From an uncultured virus (IMG/VR IMGVR_UViG_3300043777_000372) (Duplodnaviria > Heunggongvirae > Uroviricota > Caudoviricetes): DNA of 64,000 bases. Below are positions 1 through 8,956 of the stretch, piece after piece. The DNA is taken from IMG/VR virus record IMGVR_UViG_3300043777_000372. One strand, given 5' to 3'. The first letter of the stretch is position 1. Each line of letters starts with the position of its first letter. Made by a program: the position numbers and the translations under genes. The notes beneath the pieces are model-generated. The model was not told the DNA's origin. It saw only the letters and a program-made list of their open reading frames with translations, and did no database searches.

Positions 1-2
1 CG

Positions 3-329
3 TCACAGGCGCAGCTCAACGATGCTCGGGCGGTTTTCCAGAATGCACGAACGAAAGCGAGCGCCGCCAGGGCCGCCGCCTGGGACGCCGCCTGGGAAGC
101 CGCCGGGTACGCCGCCTGGGACGCCGCCTGGGAAGCCGCCGGGTACGCCGCCAGGGCCGTCGCCGGGGACGCCGCCTGGGACGCCGCCTGGGAAGCCGCC
201 TGGGCCGCCGCCGGGGCCGCCGCCTGGGACGCCGCCTGGGCCGCCGCCCGCGATCGGCTCACGCCCACCGTCGAGGCGATGCAGGCCAGCGCGAAGCAGC
301 TCGTCGTGCGCATGTGCGCCGAGAAGTAG
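3..329 (+). CDS. 5'-truncated phage protein with AAWDAA/AAWEAA repeats
   Basis: Frame 3 is open from the window edge and reads ...[20 protein letters not shown]...LVVRMCAEK*; the Ala/Trp repeat is a common phage protein type. Confidence 0.7.
   Translation, partial: SQAQLNDARAVFQNARTKASAARAAAWDAAWEAAGYAAWDAAWEAAGYAARAVAGDAAWDAAWEAAWAAAGAAAWDAAWAAARDRLTPTVEAMQASAKQLVVRMCAEK
63..248 (+). repeat. 12-nt tandem repeat (GCCGCCNGGGNC-like, about 15 copies)
   Basis: Visible directly; encodes the AAW(D/E/A) repeats. Confidence 0.85.
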
Positions 330-359
330 ACTCCCATCCGTGCGCGCGAGGAGAAAACG

Positions 360-956
360 ATGAAGTACACGACTGTCATGGCCGACCCGCCTTGGCCCTA
401 CGCGACTCCCGGCAAGGGTCCGTTGGCGGCGGGCACACCGTCGAACCCCGAGGCGTGGAAGGGGAACCTGACCGGGAGCAACATGCGGACGCGCTACCCG
501 CCGCTGGCGATGGACAAGATCAAGTCGATGCCGGTCGCTGACTTCGTTGACGCAAACGCTCATCTGTATCTCTGGACTACGAATGGGTTCATCTGCGAGG
601 CGCACGACGTCGCACGAGCTTGGGGCTTTCGACCAATCACGCTCATCACTTGGACGAAAGTGATGAAGGACGATCCCGAGACCGCCTCGATGAAGACCGG
701 CTACTACTTCCGTGGCGCTACCGAGCACGTTGTGTTCGCGGTGCGAGGGTCTCTCAAGCTCACGTCCACGCGAGGGGTGAGCACCGCCTTCCTGCATCCT
801 CGGACGCCGCACTCAGTCAAGCCGGACGCGTTCTACTCGCTCATCGAGGAGTGCAGTCCCGGCCCTTACCTGGAGCTGTTCGCCCGACGTACTCGTCCAG
901 GGTGGTCGGTGTGGGGCAATCAGGTCGAGTCGGATATCGCCCTGAAAGTCGGCTGA
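360..956 (+). CDS. MT-A70 family adenine methyltransferase
   Basis: ADPPW catalytic motif, [34 protein letters not shown]. Confidence 0.92.
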   Translation: MKYTTVMADPPWPYATPGKGPLAAGTPSNPEAWKGNLTGSNMRTRYPPLAMDKIKSMPVADFVDANAHLYLWTTNGFICEAHDVARAWGFRPITLITWTKVMKDDPETASMKTGYYFRGATEHVVFAVRGSLKLTSTRGVSTAFLHPRTPHSVKPDAFYSLIEECSPGPYLELFARRTRPGWSVWGNQVESDIALKVG

Positions 957-993
957 AGGACAAACCCAGAAATTTGCGCGCGAGGAGAAAACG

Positions 994-1260
994 ATGACCG
1001 ACAGCAAGGCTCCGCACCTGTGGGAGATGGACCACCCATACTACTGTAGTGAGGGGAACTACTTCAACAACGAGTGCCACGCCGAGTTCGCCACGTGGTC
1101 CGACTTCTTGAAGGTCTTCGAGTTCTTGTGCGAACTGTGCGCCTCAAGTCGCATAGGGTCTGCACACTCCTACCCAAGCCAGTACAGCAATGCCGACCTC
1201 GCGCAGTCGATCGGGTACGCGACGAACGAGATCCTCAAGGCCATTCGGGCCGAGAAGTAA
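994..1260 (+). CDS. hypothetical phage protein
   Basis: GAGGAG RBS after the junction motif; HLWEMDHPYYCSEGNY. Confidence 0.75.
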   Translation: MTDSKAPHLWEMDHPYYCSEGNYFNNECHAEFATWSDFLKVFEFLCELCASSRIGSAHSYPSQYSNADLAQSIGYATNEILKAIRAEK

Positions 1261-1288
1261 GTACCCATAAATGCGCGCGAGGTGATTC

Positions 1289-1504
1289 ATGGACGAGATC
1301 ACGATCAAGCTGACGACCAACCACCTACCTGGGTTCCGGTGTCCCCACTGCGGGGGCTTGGGTCGCATGGCTGACGGCAGTTTCAGCATCGGACCCGACG
1401 AGGTGCGCATCAAGGCGGCGACCCAGTGCGGGGTCTGCATGGGCAAGGGACGCGTCCGGTGCGTGCCCATCACCGACGAAGAAGACCGGGCGGCACAAAC
1501 ATGA
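1289..1504 (+). CDS. small Zn-finger protein (CxxCxGxG x2)
   Basis: CPHCGGLG ... CGVCMGKG; GAGGTG RBS. Confidence 0.7.
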   Translation: MDEITIKLTTNHLPGFRCPHCGGLGRMADGSFSIGPDEVRIKAATQCGVCMGKGRVRCVPITDEEDRAAQT

Positions 1505-1536
1505 AAATGCGCGCGGGACAAGAGAGGACGGGGATC

Positions 1537-1755
1537 ATGAGCGGAACAGAAGGACTCGGACGCGGAGGAGAGCAGGCAGGTTCCGACTTCGCCGCGCCTG
1601 CGGACCACAAGCCGTACAGCACGGCTCCATGTGCGAAGTGCGGGGCGTACAAGGTGAAGTGCAGCCTGGAGGACGAGTACGACCACGGTACCTACTACGA
1701 CATCACATGCGAGGCGTGTGGCGACCACTACCGGACAGATGGGCCGGACTCGTGA
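1537..1755 (+). CDS. small Zn-ribbon protein
   Basis: CAKC ... CEAC; start chosen after the junction motif and RBS. Confidence 0.65.
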   Translation: MSGTEGLGRGGEQAGSDFAAPADHKPYSTAPCAKCGAYKVKCSLEDEYDHGTYYDITCEACGDHYRTDGPDS

Positions 1756-1793
1756 GCGCCACCGTGCGCGCGATTCATGGGAGGTAGCAGGAG

Positions 1794-2045
1794 ATGCGGT
1801 GCAAGTGGTGTGGAGTCGAGAGAGGCGCGCCGGCCGTAGGGGCGCATGCGTGCGACCCGGCGAACGTGCGGTACCTGGCTCTCTACGACGCGGCCGAGCT
1901 TGCGAAGTCGATGCGCGTTCATGGAGTCGCGAAACGATTGGGCGCCATAGCTAGCCTGGCTCGGAGCGGAGAGGTATGCGGGTGCGCGAACGGTGGATTC
2001 CATGCGCACACGTGCTCCGCGGGGAACTCGAAAGCCGGCGCGTGA
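1794..2045 (+). CDS. small Cys-rich hypothetical protein
   Basis: AGGAG RBS; CKWC. Confidence 0.6.
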   Translation: MRCKWCGVERGAPAVGAHACDPANVRYLALYDAAELAKSMRVHGVAKRLGAIASLARSGEVCGCANGGFHAHTCSAGNSKAGA

Positions 2046-2087
2046 CCATGCGCGCTTTGGAAGCCTGGACGGAGGAAGGGTGACGAG

Positions 2088-2324
2088 ATGCAAGAGCCCA
2101 TCTGCCATTGCGTGAGAGAGGAAGACGAGGGCGACTGGGATGCCGACTACACGCGCATCCGCGCCGTGTGTGGGGCCGAGTGCCTACTCGACCCCGAAGG
2201 TGAGCCGATACCGGCCGACTTCGACTTCGTGCTCGCTCCTGACCCCAAAGGCTACACCGATTGCTGGCCGTGCCTGGAGAAACTTGCCGAGCCTCTTGCG
2301 CTCGCCCGGACGGTGCGCGCATGA
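2088..2324 (+). CDS. small Cys-rich hypothetical protein
   Basis: GGAGGAAGG upstream; CHC...C...CWPC. Confidence 0.6.
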   Translation: MQEPICHCVREEDEGDWDADYTRIRAVCGAECLLDPEGEPIPADFDFVLAPDPKGYTDCWPCLEKLAEPLALARTVRA

Positions 2325-2530
2325 CCAGTCGCTCGACGGAGACGAAGAACGCTCGCAAGCTGGAGAGGCTCTACCGGACGAAGGAGCACGGCACGAAGCA
2401 CACGACCGTGCTCAACCTGATCCGAGATCACGGACTCGATGGTGCAATGGCGCAGCTCGAAGCGTGGGGCACGGTGGCAGAGACGACATGCGGCGTCTGC
2501 CACTACATTCACTGCGTGTGCCCGAGGTAG
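2321..2530 (+). CDS. hypothetical protein
   Basis: ATGA overlap with the previous gene; C-terminal CGVCHYIHCVC. Confidence 0.6.
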   Translation: MTSRSTETKNARKLERLYRTKEHGTKHTTVLNLIRDHGLDGAMAQLEAWGTVAETTCGVCHYIHCVCPR

Positions 2531-2566
2531 AATCGTGCGCGCGATTGAAGCCTGGACGAAGGAACC

Positions 2567-2716
2567 ATGAGCTACCCGTGTCCGAGGTGCGGAATCGACC
2601 TCGTAGAGAACCCAGACGACGAGGTGAACGACTACGAGCTTGAAGGTGACCAGGTGCGCCACACCATCAAGCGCTGTCGTGAGATTGAGGAGAACACCAC
2701 GCCCGAGGGGATGTGA
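2567..2716 (+). CDS. small hypothetical protein (MSYPCPRCG...), not in the ORF track
   Basis: AAGGA RBS after the junction motif; 49 codons. Confidence 0.6.
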   Translation: MSYPCPRCGIDLVENPDDEVNDYELEGDQVRHTIKRCREIEENTTPEGM

Positions 2717-2751
2717 TGTGCGTGCGCGCGGGACAAGAGGAGCCGGAGGCG

Positions 2752-2949
2752 ATGACGGACAATGAACTAGCTGTGAACTTCGTGCGCGCAAGAGGGTTGC
2801 TCCGCACACTCGTCGCGTGGGTGAACGCGCTGAGCCCCGACCGTGTGAGCACGTACCAGGCCTGCCCGCTCTGTAAGCACGCGCGCGACAACTGCGCATC
2901 GTACTGTCGCGGTCCTAGCGTCCGACAGTTTCTTGCAGAGACGGAGTGA
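2752..2949 (+). CDS. hypothetical protein
   Basis: GGAGG RBS; CPLC. Confidence 0.6.
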   Translation: MTDNELAVNFVRARGLLRTLVAWVNALSPDRVSTYQACPLCKHARDNCASYCRGPSVRQFLAETE

Positions 2950-3000
2950 CCGTGCGCGCGAAGGAGGGCTAGATGCGGGCGAAAGGCGAAAGACGAAGAC

Positions 3001-3165
3001 GTGATCTGCGATAGGTGCAAGCGTGACCCAGGCGCCACGGAGGACGGTGTGGCGTACTGCTACCACTGCTCGCACGAGTGTACGTTCACGATGGCAGAAC
3101 TGCGCGAGCCGGACGTGAGTGACTTCATGCCGACACGAGACGCGTTGTGGCGAGGACTGCGGTAG
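3001..3165 (+). CDS. small Zn-ribbon protein (start uncertain)
   Basis: VICDRC...YCYHC; the RBS-led ATG at 2973 is out of frame by one base. Confidence 0.45.
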   Translation: MICDRCKRDPGATEDGVAYCYHCSHECTFTMAELREPDVSDFMPTRDALWRGLR

Positions 3166-3187
3166 CGTGCGCGCGATTGGAGACGGG

Positions 3188-3397
3188 ATGATTCGAGACT
3201 ACCACCCCAACCTCTTCGTAGCCGATGAGGCGGCATGTCAGTGCCTCAACGAGATCTACTCCGCGAGTGCCCACCTTGCTTGGGGTCGAGAGGGGTCGGT
3301 CTCGTGGCCCTCTGGCTCGCTCCGTAGCTTCGGCGTGCTTTTGGAGTGGCACGAGTACGTGAGGCGGTGCGGACTCGAAGAGTTGCCGTTGCGATGA
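3188..3397 (+). CDS. hypothetical protein
   Basis: GGAG RBS after the junction motif. Confidence 0.55.
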   Translation: MIRDYHPNLFVADEAACQCLNEIYSASAHLAWGREGSVSWPSGSLRSFGVLLEWHEYVRRCGLEELPLR

Positions 3398-3420
3398 CCG
3401 TGCGCGCTAAGGAGGAGAAG

Positions 3421-3675
3421 ATGAGCAAGACGTGTTCAATCTGCGGAGGAGCTATCCCGAATGGCGAGAAGTCAGTCGGTCATACGGCATTGTGCGCTCA
3501 GGTCGTGAGTGACTCCAAGACCGATGCAATCGACGACGCGTGGGGCATCATCGCGAACGCCTTCGGTGGGAATTGGGACCAGGCTTCACCTGAGTGGCGT
3601 CAGGCCGCTGAGAGGTGGAGAGACAAGCACATCGCTTGCCGGTCGGCGTCAGCTACACCAAAGTCCGAAGGCTAG
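3421..3675 (+). CDS. hypothetical phage protein
   Basis: AAGGAGG RBS; DAWGIIANAFGGNWDQASPEWRQAAERWRD. Confidence 0.75.
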   Translation: MSKTCSICGGAIPNGEKSVGHTALCAQVVSDSKTDAIDDAWGIIANAFGGNWDQASPEWRQAAERWRDKHIACRSASATPKSEG

Positions 3676-3811
3676 ACCGTGCGCGCGATGAAAGGGTGGC
3701 CGAAGTGGCTCAGCTAGGATTGCAACAGGCATCGCCCACGCCCCCTCACCGTTCCTCGTCCGCGTACTCGCGCGCCTGTCTCGGGTTGAGCGCGAGCTGC
3801 GCGAGGCGCGC

Positions 3812-4078
3812 GTGATCCAAGAGTGGGCCGACTACACAGCAAACGATGGTCTCACCGGCGCAGAGCTCGTAATGGCATTCGAAGACGAGAAGCAAAAGGT
3901 GCTGAGCTCGTGCGTTTTATGGTTTGCGGAAACCGACCGTGCGATTCGATGTGGCGAACTCGCGTGGGGCGATATGAGCGAAGCGGAGGTGCACCTGTAC
4001 CGGATGGTCCGCGCGTGGCGTGTGAAGGTCGAAGGTGGACGTAGCGCGGTTCGAAAGATCGTCGACGGCAAGCGATGA
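3812..4078 (+). CDS. hypothetical protein
   Basis: Coupled ORF, ATGA overlap with the next gene. Confidence 0.6.
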   Translation: MIQEWADYTANDGLTGAELVMAFEDEKQKVLSSCVLWFAETDRAIRCGELAWGDMSEAEVHLYRMVRAWRVKVEGGRSAVRKIVDGKR

Positions 4079-4299
4079 GCGCGATCAAAGATCTCTGCCG
4101 TGAGTTCCCCGAACGAGGGACGAAGATCATCCACGACGCGCTCGTCGCGCATTCGTGGAACTACGAGCGGACCGCCGAGGCATTCGCCCTCGACCCGACG
4201 CACTTCCGCCGGATCGTCGAGGAGCTCGGGTGCAAGGACCGATTCGCCGTCGAGCAGGACGCGTTCCGGAAGCGATTCCGGGACCCATTCGGAAAATGA
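4075..4299 (+). CDS. Fis-type HTH protein
   Basis: IHDALVAHSWNYERTAEAFALDPTHFRRIVEELG fits the Fis/HTH_8 pattern. Confidence 0.7.
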   Translation: MSAIKDLCREFPERGTKIIHDALVAHSWNYERTAEAFALDPTHFRRIVEELGCKDRFAVEQDAFRKRFRDPFGK

Positions 4300-4314
4300 G
4301 GTCGACCTCACTTT
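4293..4314. promoter_or_regulatory. 22-bp palindrome copy 1 (1 mismatch)
   Basis: AAAATGAGGTCGACCTCACTTT; supplies the stop of 4075..4299. Confidence 0.85.
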
Positions 4315-4318
4315 CACG

Positions 4319-4348
4319 GTGGACCCATTAGGGCGCGTGCGGCATGAT
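4319..4348 (+). promoter_or_regulatory. GTGGACCCATTAGGGC operator-like site plus GCGGCATGAT -10 element
   Basis: Matches sites at 5007 and 25253; CATGAT lies 7 nt before ATG 4356. Confidence 0.6.
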
Positions 4349-4355
4349 GTAGAGC

Positions 4356-4616
4356 ATGCCGAAGGGAATCGCGAGCAAGGTGAGTCGATTGGCGCGGGTC
4401 GCTCCCGAGGATGCGATCGCGATGATCGAGGATGCCTACGAGCGCGCGGGCGGGTTCCCCGACGGCGCCGCTCGACTTCTCGGCTACACAACGCGGCGTG
4501 GACGCGATGCCCTTCACCGGTTGAATCGAAAGCTCGGCATCGTGCATCGGGTGCGGCGCGTGACGGGGCATTACCCCGGGTGGCTCGGTGGAAGCTGGCA
4601 ACAGGTGGGACGGTGA
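4356..4616 (+). CDS. Fis-type HTH protein
   Basis: IEDAYERAGGFPDGAARLLG...LHRLNRKLGI. Confidence 0.7.
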   Translation: MPKGIASKVSRLARVAPEDAIAMIEDAYERAGGFPDGAARLLGYTTRRGRDALHRLNRKLGIVHRVRRVTGHYPGWLGGSWQQVGR

Positions 4617-4957
4617 GCGAGGAGGCGAAAGATCTGCAGGCGATTCGGCGGACGAACCCGCCCGAGTACGTGCGACTCATCACCGCGGCGTTCGAGGAGG
4701 CGGATGGGAAGATCGCCGACGCAGCGGAGAAGCTCGGGGTGAGCAAGACGGCGCTGAAGCGGTGGCTGCGCGAGGATTCCGCGTTGCGGTCCGTGCGCCG
4801 GCGGCGCACGCCCGGGCGTCCGTGCACGAAGGTCGACCCGAAGGATCAGGCGAAGATCGTCGCGTTGCGCCGGCGCGGCGTTCCTCGTCGCGAGGTAGCC
4901 GCGAAGTTCAACGTGGGGGAGCGGTACGTGACGAAGCTCGTCGAACGAGCCGGATAA
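4613..4957 (+). CDS. double-HTH DNA-binding protein
   Basis: GKIADAAEKLGVSKTALKRWL and GVPRREVAAKFNVGERYVTKLV; GTGA overlap. Confidence 0.75.
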   Translation: MSEEAKDLQAIRRTNPPEYVRLITAAFEEADGKIADAAEKLGVSKTALKRWLREDSALRSVRRRRTPGRPCTKVDPKDQAKIVALRRRGVPRREVAAKFNVGERYVTKLVERAG

Positions 4958-4970
4958 TTCCGGGGTTTTC

Positions 4971-5030
4971 GAGAATCGACACCATACGGGCGAAAAAGGG
5001 TTGCACGTGGACCTATTAGGGCCCATGTTA
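4971..5030 (+). promoter_or_regulatory. sigma70-like early promoter with operator in the spacer
   Basis: A-tract, TTGCAC (5001), 17-nt spacer, CATGTT; homologous to 25218-25276. Confidence 0.65.
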
Positions 5031-5080
5031 TCTATCGACGGCGACGACGGGTCGCCAAACACCACCCCTCAAAACAGGAG

Positions 5081-5374
5081 ATGAGGACCATGCGAAAGAA
5101 TCTGCAAGACCTGACGCCAGCGGACGTGCAAAGCGCGTACGTGGGCCGCGTGCACACGTGTTGCTGCGGATGCGCGGGCACTCACTACGATTCGAGCGAG
5201 CCGGGATTCGGCGATTCCGACCGGGCGATGCTGTTGAAGATCTTGCGCACGGTCCAGGCCAACGAGGAGAACCTGAACAGCGACGGCCCCCGGGTGTGGT
5301 CCGCGAATGTCGGCAAGAAGGTGTTCATCGTGTACCTCCGCGAGGACGCGGATGCGCCGGCGGTGGCGTCGTGA
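5081..5374 (+). CDS. hypothetical phage protein
   Basis: CAGGAG RBS; YVGRVHTCCCGCAGTH. Confidence 0.75.
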   Translation: MRTMRKNLQDLTPADVQSAYVGRVHTCCCGCAGTHYDSSEPGFGDSDRAMLLKILRTVQANEENLNSDGPRVWSANVGKKVFIVYLREDADAPAVAS

Positions 5375-7635
5375 ACTGGTCCGACCGGCAGCAAGCTGTG
5401 TTCGCCGACGTTGCCACCGGCACCGGGCACACAATGGTCAATGCCGTTGCAGGCGGGGGCAAGACCTCGACCATTCTCGAATCGATGAAGTCGGTCCCGA
5501 AGGGGGCGTCGGTCCTGTTCGTCGCGTTCAACAAGTCGATCGCGATCGAGCTCGCCAAACGCGCCCCCGCGGGCGTCACCGTGTCGACGTTGCACTCGCT
5601 CGGATTGCGAGCCTGCACGCAGGCCTTGAACCGATCGCGTGTGGACGGCGATAAGGCCAAGGACATCGCTCGAAAGATCACGGGCGCCGAGGACCACTTC
5701 GAGAGGCGCGAGTGGTGCGCGTCGGTCATCAAGGCCACGTCGCTCGCAAAGTCGTGCCTCGCCGTCACCGACGACGACATCGATGCCGTGATCGATCAGT
5801 ACGGGATCAATCCCCCGGAGAAGGAGTCCGAGCGGGTGGCGTTCATCGCCGACGTCCAGGCTGTGCTCAAGGCGTGCCGGGAGATCACCGAGGAGGTCGA
5901 CTTCGACGACATGGTGTGGTTGCCGATTGTGCTCGACTTGGCGGTCCCGCAGTACGACTACGTGTTCGTCGACGAAACGCAGGATCTGAACGCCAGCCAG
6001 ATCGCGCTCGTCCTCAAAGCCGTGAAGCCGAACGGGAACGGCGGCGCCGGTGGACGCGTCATCGCCGTCGGTGACCCTCGGCAGTGCCACCCGGCGGGAA
6101 CCATGGTTTCGATCACAGGAGGAGCGCGGAAGCCGATCGAGCAGGTCGTACCGGGAGACTCTGTCGTGAGCTACCACGACTGCTTCCGCGGAATCGCTTT
6201 GCAGGGGCGGCGAGTTCTCCGGACGGCGCACCGCCCGTATGTCGGCGAGATGCTGAGGCTCCGAGCAGAGGACGGCGAGTCGGTTCGCGTCACGCCGAAT
6301 CACAAGATCCCGACTCGGCTACGCGCGCGAGGGGCAGCTCGGTGGGCTCTCTACCTCATGGAGAGCGGGAGCACGTCGCGGATCGGGTGCTGCAAGTTGA
6401 TGTACAAGCAGGGCTTTGGCCCGGCGATGCGTGCCCGGCAGGAGCGCGCGGATCGGCTTTGGGTGCTCGAAACCTTTCTGGACGAGGATGAGGCGCGGAT
6501 CGCGGAGACTGTAGCGGCGACGACGTTCGGGCTGCCGGAGGGGATCTTCTACGAGAAGGGCGCGCTCAAGAAGCGCCTCTTCGAAGCGCTCGGCGACAAC
6601 CGCGCGAAGCGGGACGCGTGCCTGCGAGCCTACCATCGAGATCCGGAGTTCCCTCTCTACACGAAGGCGGACGGAAAGCACCTGAGCCGGTACGTCTACG
6701 TTACGCAGGCGTGCAATCTAATCGAAGGCGTGAACGAGGTTCGGACATTCGATGGGACGCGTGACGGTGGAGGATGGCACGTCGTCGAGATCTCGCGTGT
6801 GGTGGAGGCGTGTACCGTTTATTCCCTATCGGTCGAACCGACAGAGGGCGGGCATCGCCTGTACGTGGCGGACAACGTCCTCGTGCACAACTGCATTTAC
6901 AGTTTTCGTGGTGCATTACCGGACGCGTTCGACAAGGTCCGCACCGCCCTCGGGGCGAAGGTGTTGCCATTGTCGGTCACCTACCGGTGCGCACGTGCGG
7001 TCGTCCGGGAAGCGGCGACCCTCGTGCCCCACCTCGAGCACGCCCCGGACGCGGAGGAGGGCGCCGTCGCCATGGTGAGCGAAGCGCGGATGCTCGCCGA
7101 GGCGAAGGCGGGTGACTTCGTCCTGTCCCGAATCAACGCGCCGCTCCTCAAGCTTTGCCTGGCGTTCCTTCGCAACGGGCAGCGCGCGGCGATTCAGGGG
7201 CGCGACGTCGGCACGAAGCTCGCCGCGGTCGTACGCCGGGCGAAGACGGACGACGTCGACGTGATGCTCGAGTATGTCGCGAAGTGGGCGAGCCTGGAGA
7301 TCGCGCGCCTGGAGAAGCGCGGCCGCGACGCCACAGGCGTCGAGGACATGCGCGAGTGCGTCTTCGCTCTATCCGAGGGGGAGACGAACGTGTCGGCGGT
7401 CACCGCGAAGATCGAGCGCCTGTTCGCCGACGGCGACGAGACGACCCGCATCACCCTGTCGTCGACCCACAAGGCCAAAGGCATGGAGCGCGACCGGGTG
7501 TGGATGCTTCACACGACGTATCTCCGACGCCGGCGCGGCGCAAAGGGCCCCAGTATCGAGGAGCAGAACCTTGCGTACGTCGCCATGACTCGCGCGCGGC
7601 GGGAGCTGTTCCTCGTCGGGAGCATCGAGTCGTGA
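5371..7635 (+). CDS. UvrD/Rep-family SF1 helicase with intein
   Basis: AVAGGGKT, FVDETQD, VGDPRQ|intein|CIYSFRGA, YRC, STHKAKGME, YVAMTRAR. Confidence 0.93.
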   Translation: MNWSDRQQAVFADVATGTGHTMVNAVAGGGKTSTILESMKSVPKGASVLFVAFNKSIAIELAKRAPAGVTVSTLHSLGLRACTQALNRSRVDGDKAKDIARKITGAEDHFERREWCASVIKATSLAKSCLAVTDDDIDAVIDQYGINPPEKESERVAFIADVQAVLKACREITEEVDFDDMVWLPIVLDLAVPQYDYVFVDETQDLNASQIALVLKAVKPNGNGGAGGRVIAVGDPRQCHPAGTMVSITGGARKPIEQVVPGDSVVSYHDCFRGIALQGRRVLRTAHRPYVGEMLRLRAEDGESVRVTPNHKIPTRLRARGAARWALYLMESGSTSRIGCCKLMYKQGFGPAMRARQERADRLWVLETFLDEDEARIAETVAATTFGLPEGIFYEKGALKKRLFEALGDNRAKRDACLRAYHRDPEFPLYTKADGKHLSRYVYVTQACNLIEGVNEVRTFDGTRDGGGWHVVEISRVVEACTVYSLSVEPTEGGHRLYVADNVLVHNCIYSFRGALPDAFDKVRTALGAKVLPLSVTYRCARAVVREAATLVPHLEHAPDAEEGAVAMVSEARMLAEAKAGDFVLSRINAPLLKLCLAFLRNGQRAAIQGRDVGTKLAAVVRRAKTDDVDVMLEYVAKWASLEIARLEKRGRDATGVEDMRECVFALSEGETNVSAVTAKIERLFADGDETTRITLSSTHKAKGMERDRVWMLHTTYLRRRRGAKGPSIEEQNLAYVAMTRARRELFLVGSIES
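6085..6891 (+). mobile_element. intein (269 aa) in the helicase
   Basis: Starts CHPAGT, block B VTPNHK, ends VLVHN followed by Cys; splits motif III GDxxQ/xIYxFRGA. Confidence 0.9.
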
Positions 7636-8006
7636 GCATGTTCGTCGAGGTCCCCGCGGGCGCGCTTCATGGCGCGCTCACGGGTGCGGGGTTCGCACTG
7701 GATGCGCACGAGCGCCGCGAGGAGGTGTTCTTCCGCGCGCACGCCAAAGACCCGCGGTACGCGGTACGGGTCTACACGTCGTTGTCGTTGGGAGCGCGTG
7801 GCGCCCGTGGGTGCGGTCGGGATGCGATCCGGGTCGTGGTCACATTCGACGGTCCGAACGGACGGCGGGGCGTCTGGAAGGGCAAGAGGGTGTTCCGAGC
7901 GGGCACCGTCGATGCGGTCGTTGCGCGGATGCTGGAGCGGATGCGCGACGGGTACGCGCACATCAATGGGATCTTGAAGCACCCGAGCTACAGGAGGGCA
8001 TCGTGA
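7632..8006 (+). CDS. hypothetical protein
   Basis: Coupled ORF; VRVYTSL...RGCGRDAIRV. Confidence 0.7.
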   Translation: MSMFVEVPAGALHGALTGAGFALDAHERREEVFFRAHAKDPRYAVRVYTSLSLGARGARGCGRDAIRVVVTFDGPNGRRGVWKGKRVFRAGTVDAVVARMLERMRDGYAHINGILKHPSYRRAS

Positions 8007-8191
8007 AGAACATGAAGCACGTGGACATGATCGCGATCTACGAGAAGGCGCTGCGGAAGATTGCTGCGTACAACGACACGGCGGCCAAACCGGACGCGCT
8101 CGATTACCCTGGTGTCGCGGGGCTCGATGAACCCGATTCAGCGCTCGTTGCACGCAAAGCGCTCAAGGAAACGGGTGCGAATCCGCGTTAG
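8003..8191 (+). CDS. hypothetical protein
   Basis: GGAGG RBS, GTGA overlap. Confidence 0.6.
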   Translation: MKNMKHVDMIAIYEKALRKIAAYNDTAAKPDALDYPGVAGLDEPDSALVARKALKETGANPR

Positions 8192-8290
8192 GAAGTTCAC
8201 CGATTCCCATCGGGCAGTGCTTCGGAGTAGGACGGATGGATCCCTTCGGCGGTGGCCCACGCCGTCGAAGGACCGAGGAGGTTTCCCACC

Positions 8291-8956
8291 ATGAGCCACG
8301 TGTTGGCAGCGTCGTTGCGCGTGCTGCATTCCAAGACGATCACGTTCCAACAGTTTTACAGACTCACGAAGCCCGAGTGGTCGCGCATGGCCACCTCGCT
8401 CCACAAGCAGTGGAAGCTCCCGCCGGCGGTGAGCGCCGACGACGTCGAACAAGAGATGCTCAAGGCCGCGTGGCGGGCGCTTCCCCGGTGGAACCCGCGC
8501 AAGGCGCCCCTCGTGCGGTTCGTCGTGTTCGAGGCCCACGACAAGGCCGTGAAGTGGATTCACAAGCAGCGGGGCTGCAACCTTCACACGCGGAAGGGTC
8601 CGAGCCAGTACGCGTGGTGCATCGCGACGCTCGCGCGCGACGGCGAGGACGGTGGCAGCCGCGTCCTCGAGAATGCCACCGACGGCGCGCCGTCCAGCGA
8701 GCGGGTCATCGACTACGAGCGGTTTCTCGACGAGCTCCCCGACGCGGCGAGCTCGGAGGCGGGGCGGGTCGCCCTCCAGCGGTTCATCGAGCATGCCGGC
8801 GACGAGGAGAAAGCCGCGCGCGCGATGCACGCCGACAAGCGGCATCGGTTCCTTTTCAGCATCGAGAGCCCAGCGCACGCGAAGCAGATCATCAGGCAAG
8901 AGTTACGGAGCGTGCGTCGCACGCTCCTCGACGAGGACACCACCGAAGGAGGATGA
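8291..8956 (+). CDS. sigma-70 region 2-like transcription factor
   Basis: DDVEQEMLKAAWRALPRWNPRKAPLVRFVVFEAHDKAVKWIHKQR; GAGGAGG RBS. Confidence 0.65.
   Translation: MSHVLAASLRVLHSKTITFQQFYRLTKPEWSRMATSLHKQWKLPPAVSADDVEQEMLKAAWRALPRWNPRKAPLVRFVVFEAHDKAVKWIHKQRGCNLHTRKGPSQYAWCIATLARDGEDGGSRVLENATDGAPSSERVIDYERFLDELPDAASSEAGRVALQRFIEHAGDEEKAARAMHADKRHRFLFSIESPAHAKQIIRQELRSVRRTLLDEDTTEGG

Larger units (their letters stand above)
338..3690 (+). repeat. Dispersed gene-junction motif (ACCG)TGCGCGC(GA), about 13 copies between small genes
   Basis: TGCGCGC starts at 341, 975, 1272, 1508, 1765, 2049, 2314, 2536, 2723, 2953, 3168, 3401, 3680, nearly always just after a stop and before an RBS. Confidence 0.85.

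Noticed and set aside
22..363. PPG-repeat ORF (22..363 +) and GGxP-repeat ORF (3..812 -)
   Set aside because: Alternate-frame shadows of the 12-nt repeat; the AAWDAA frame ends just before the junction motif and fits a known protein type
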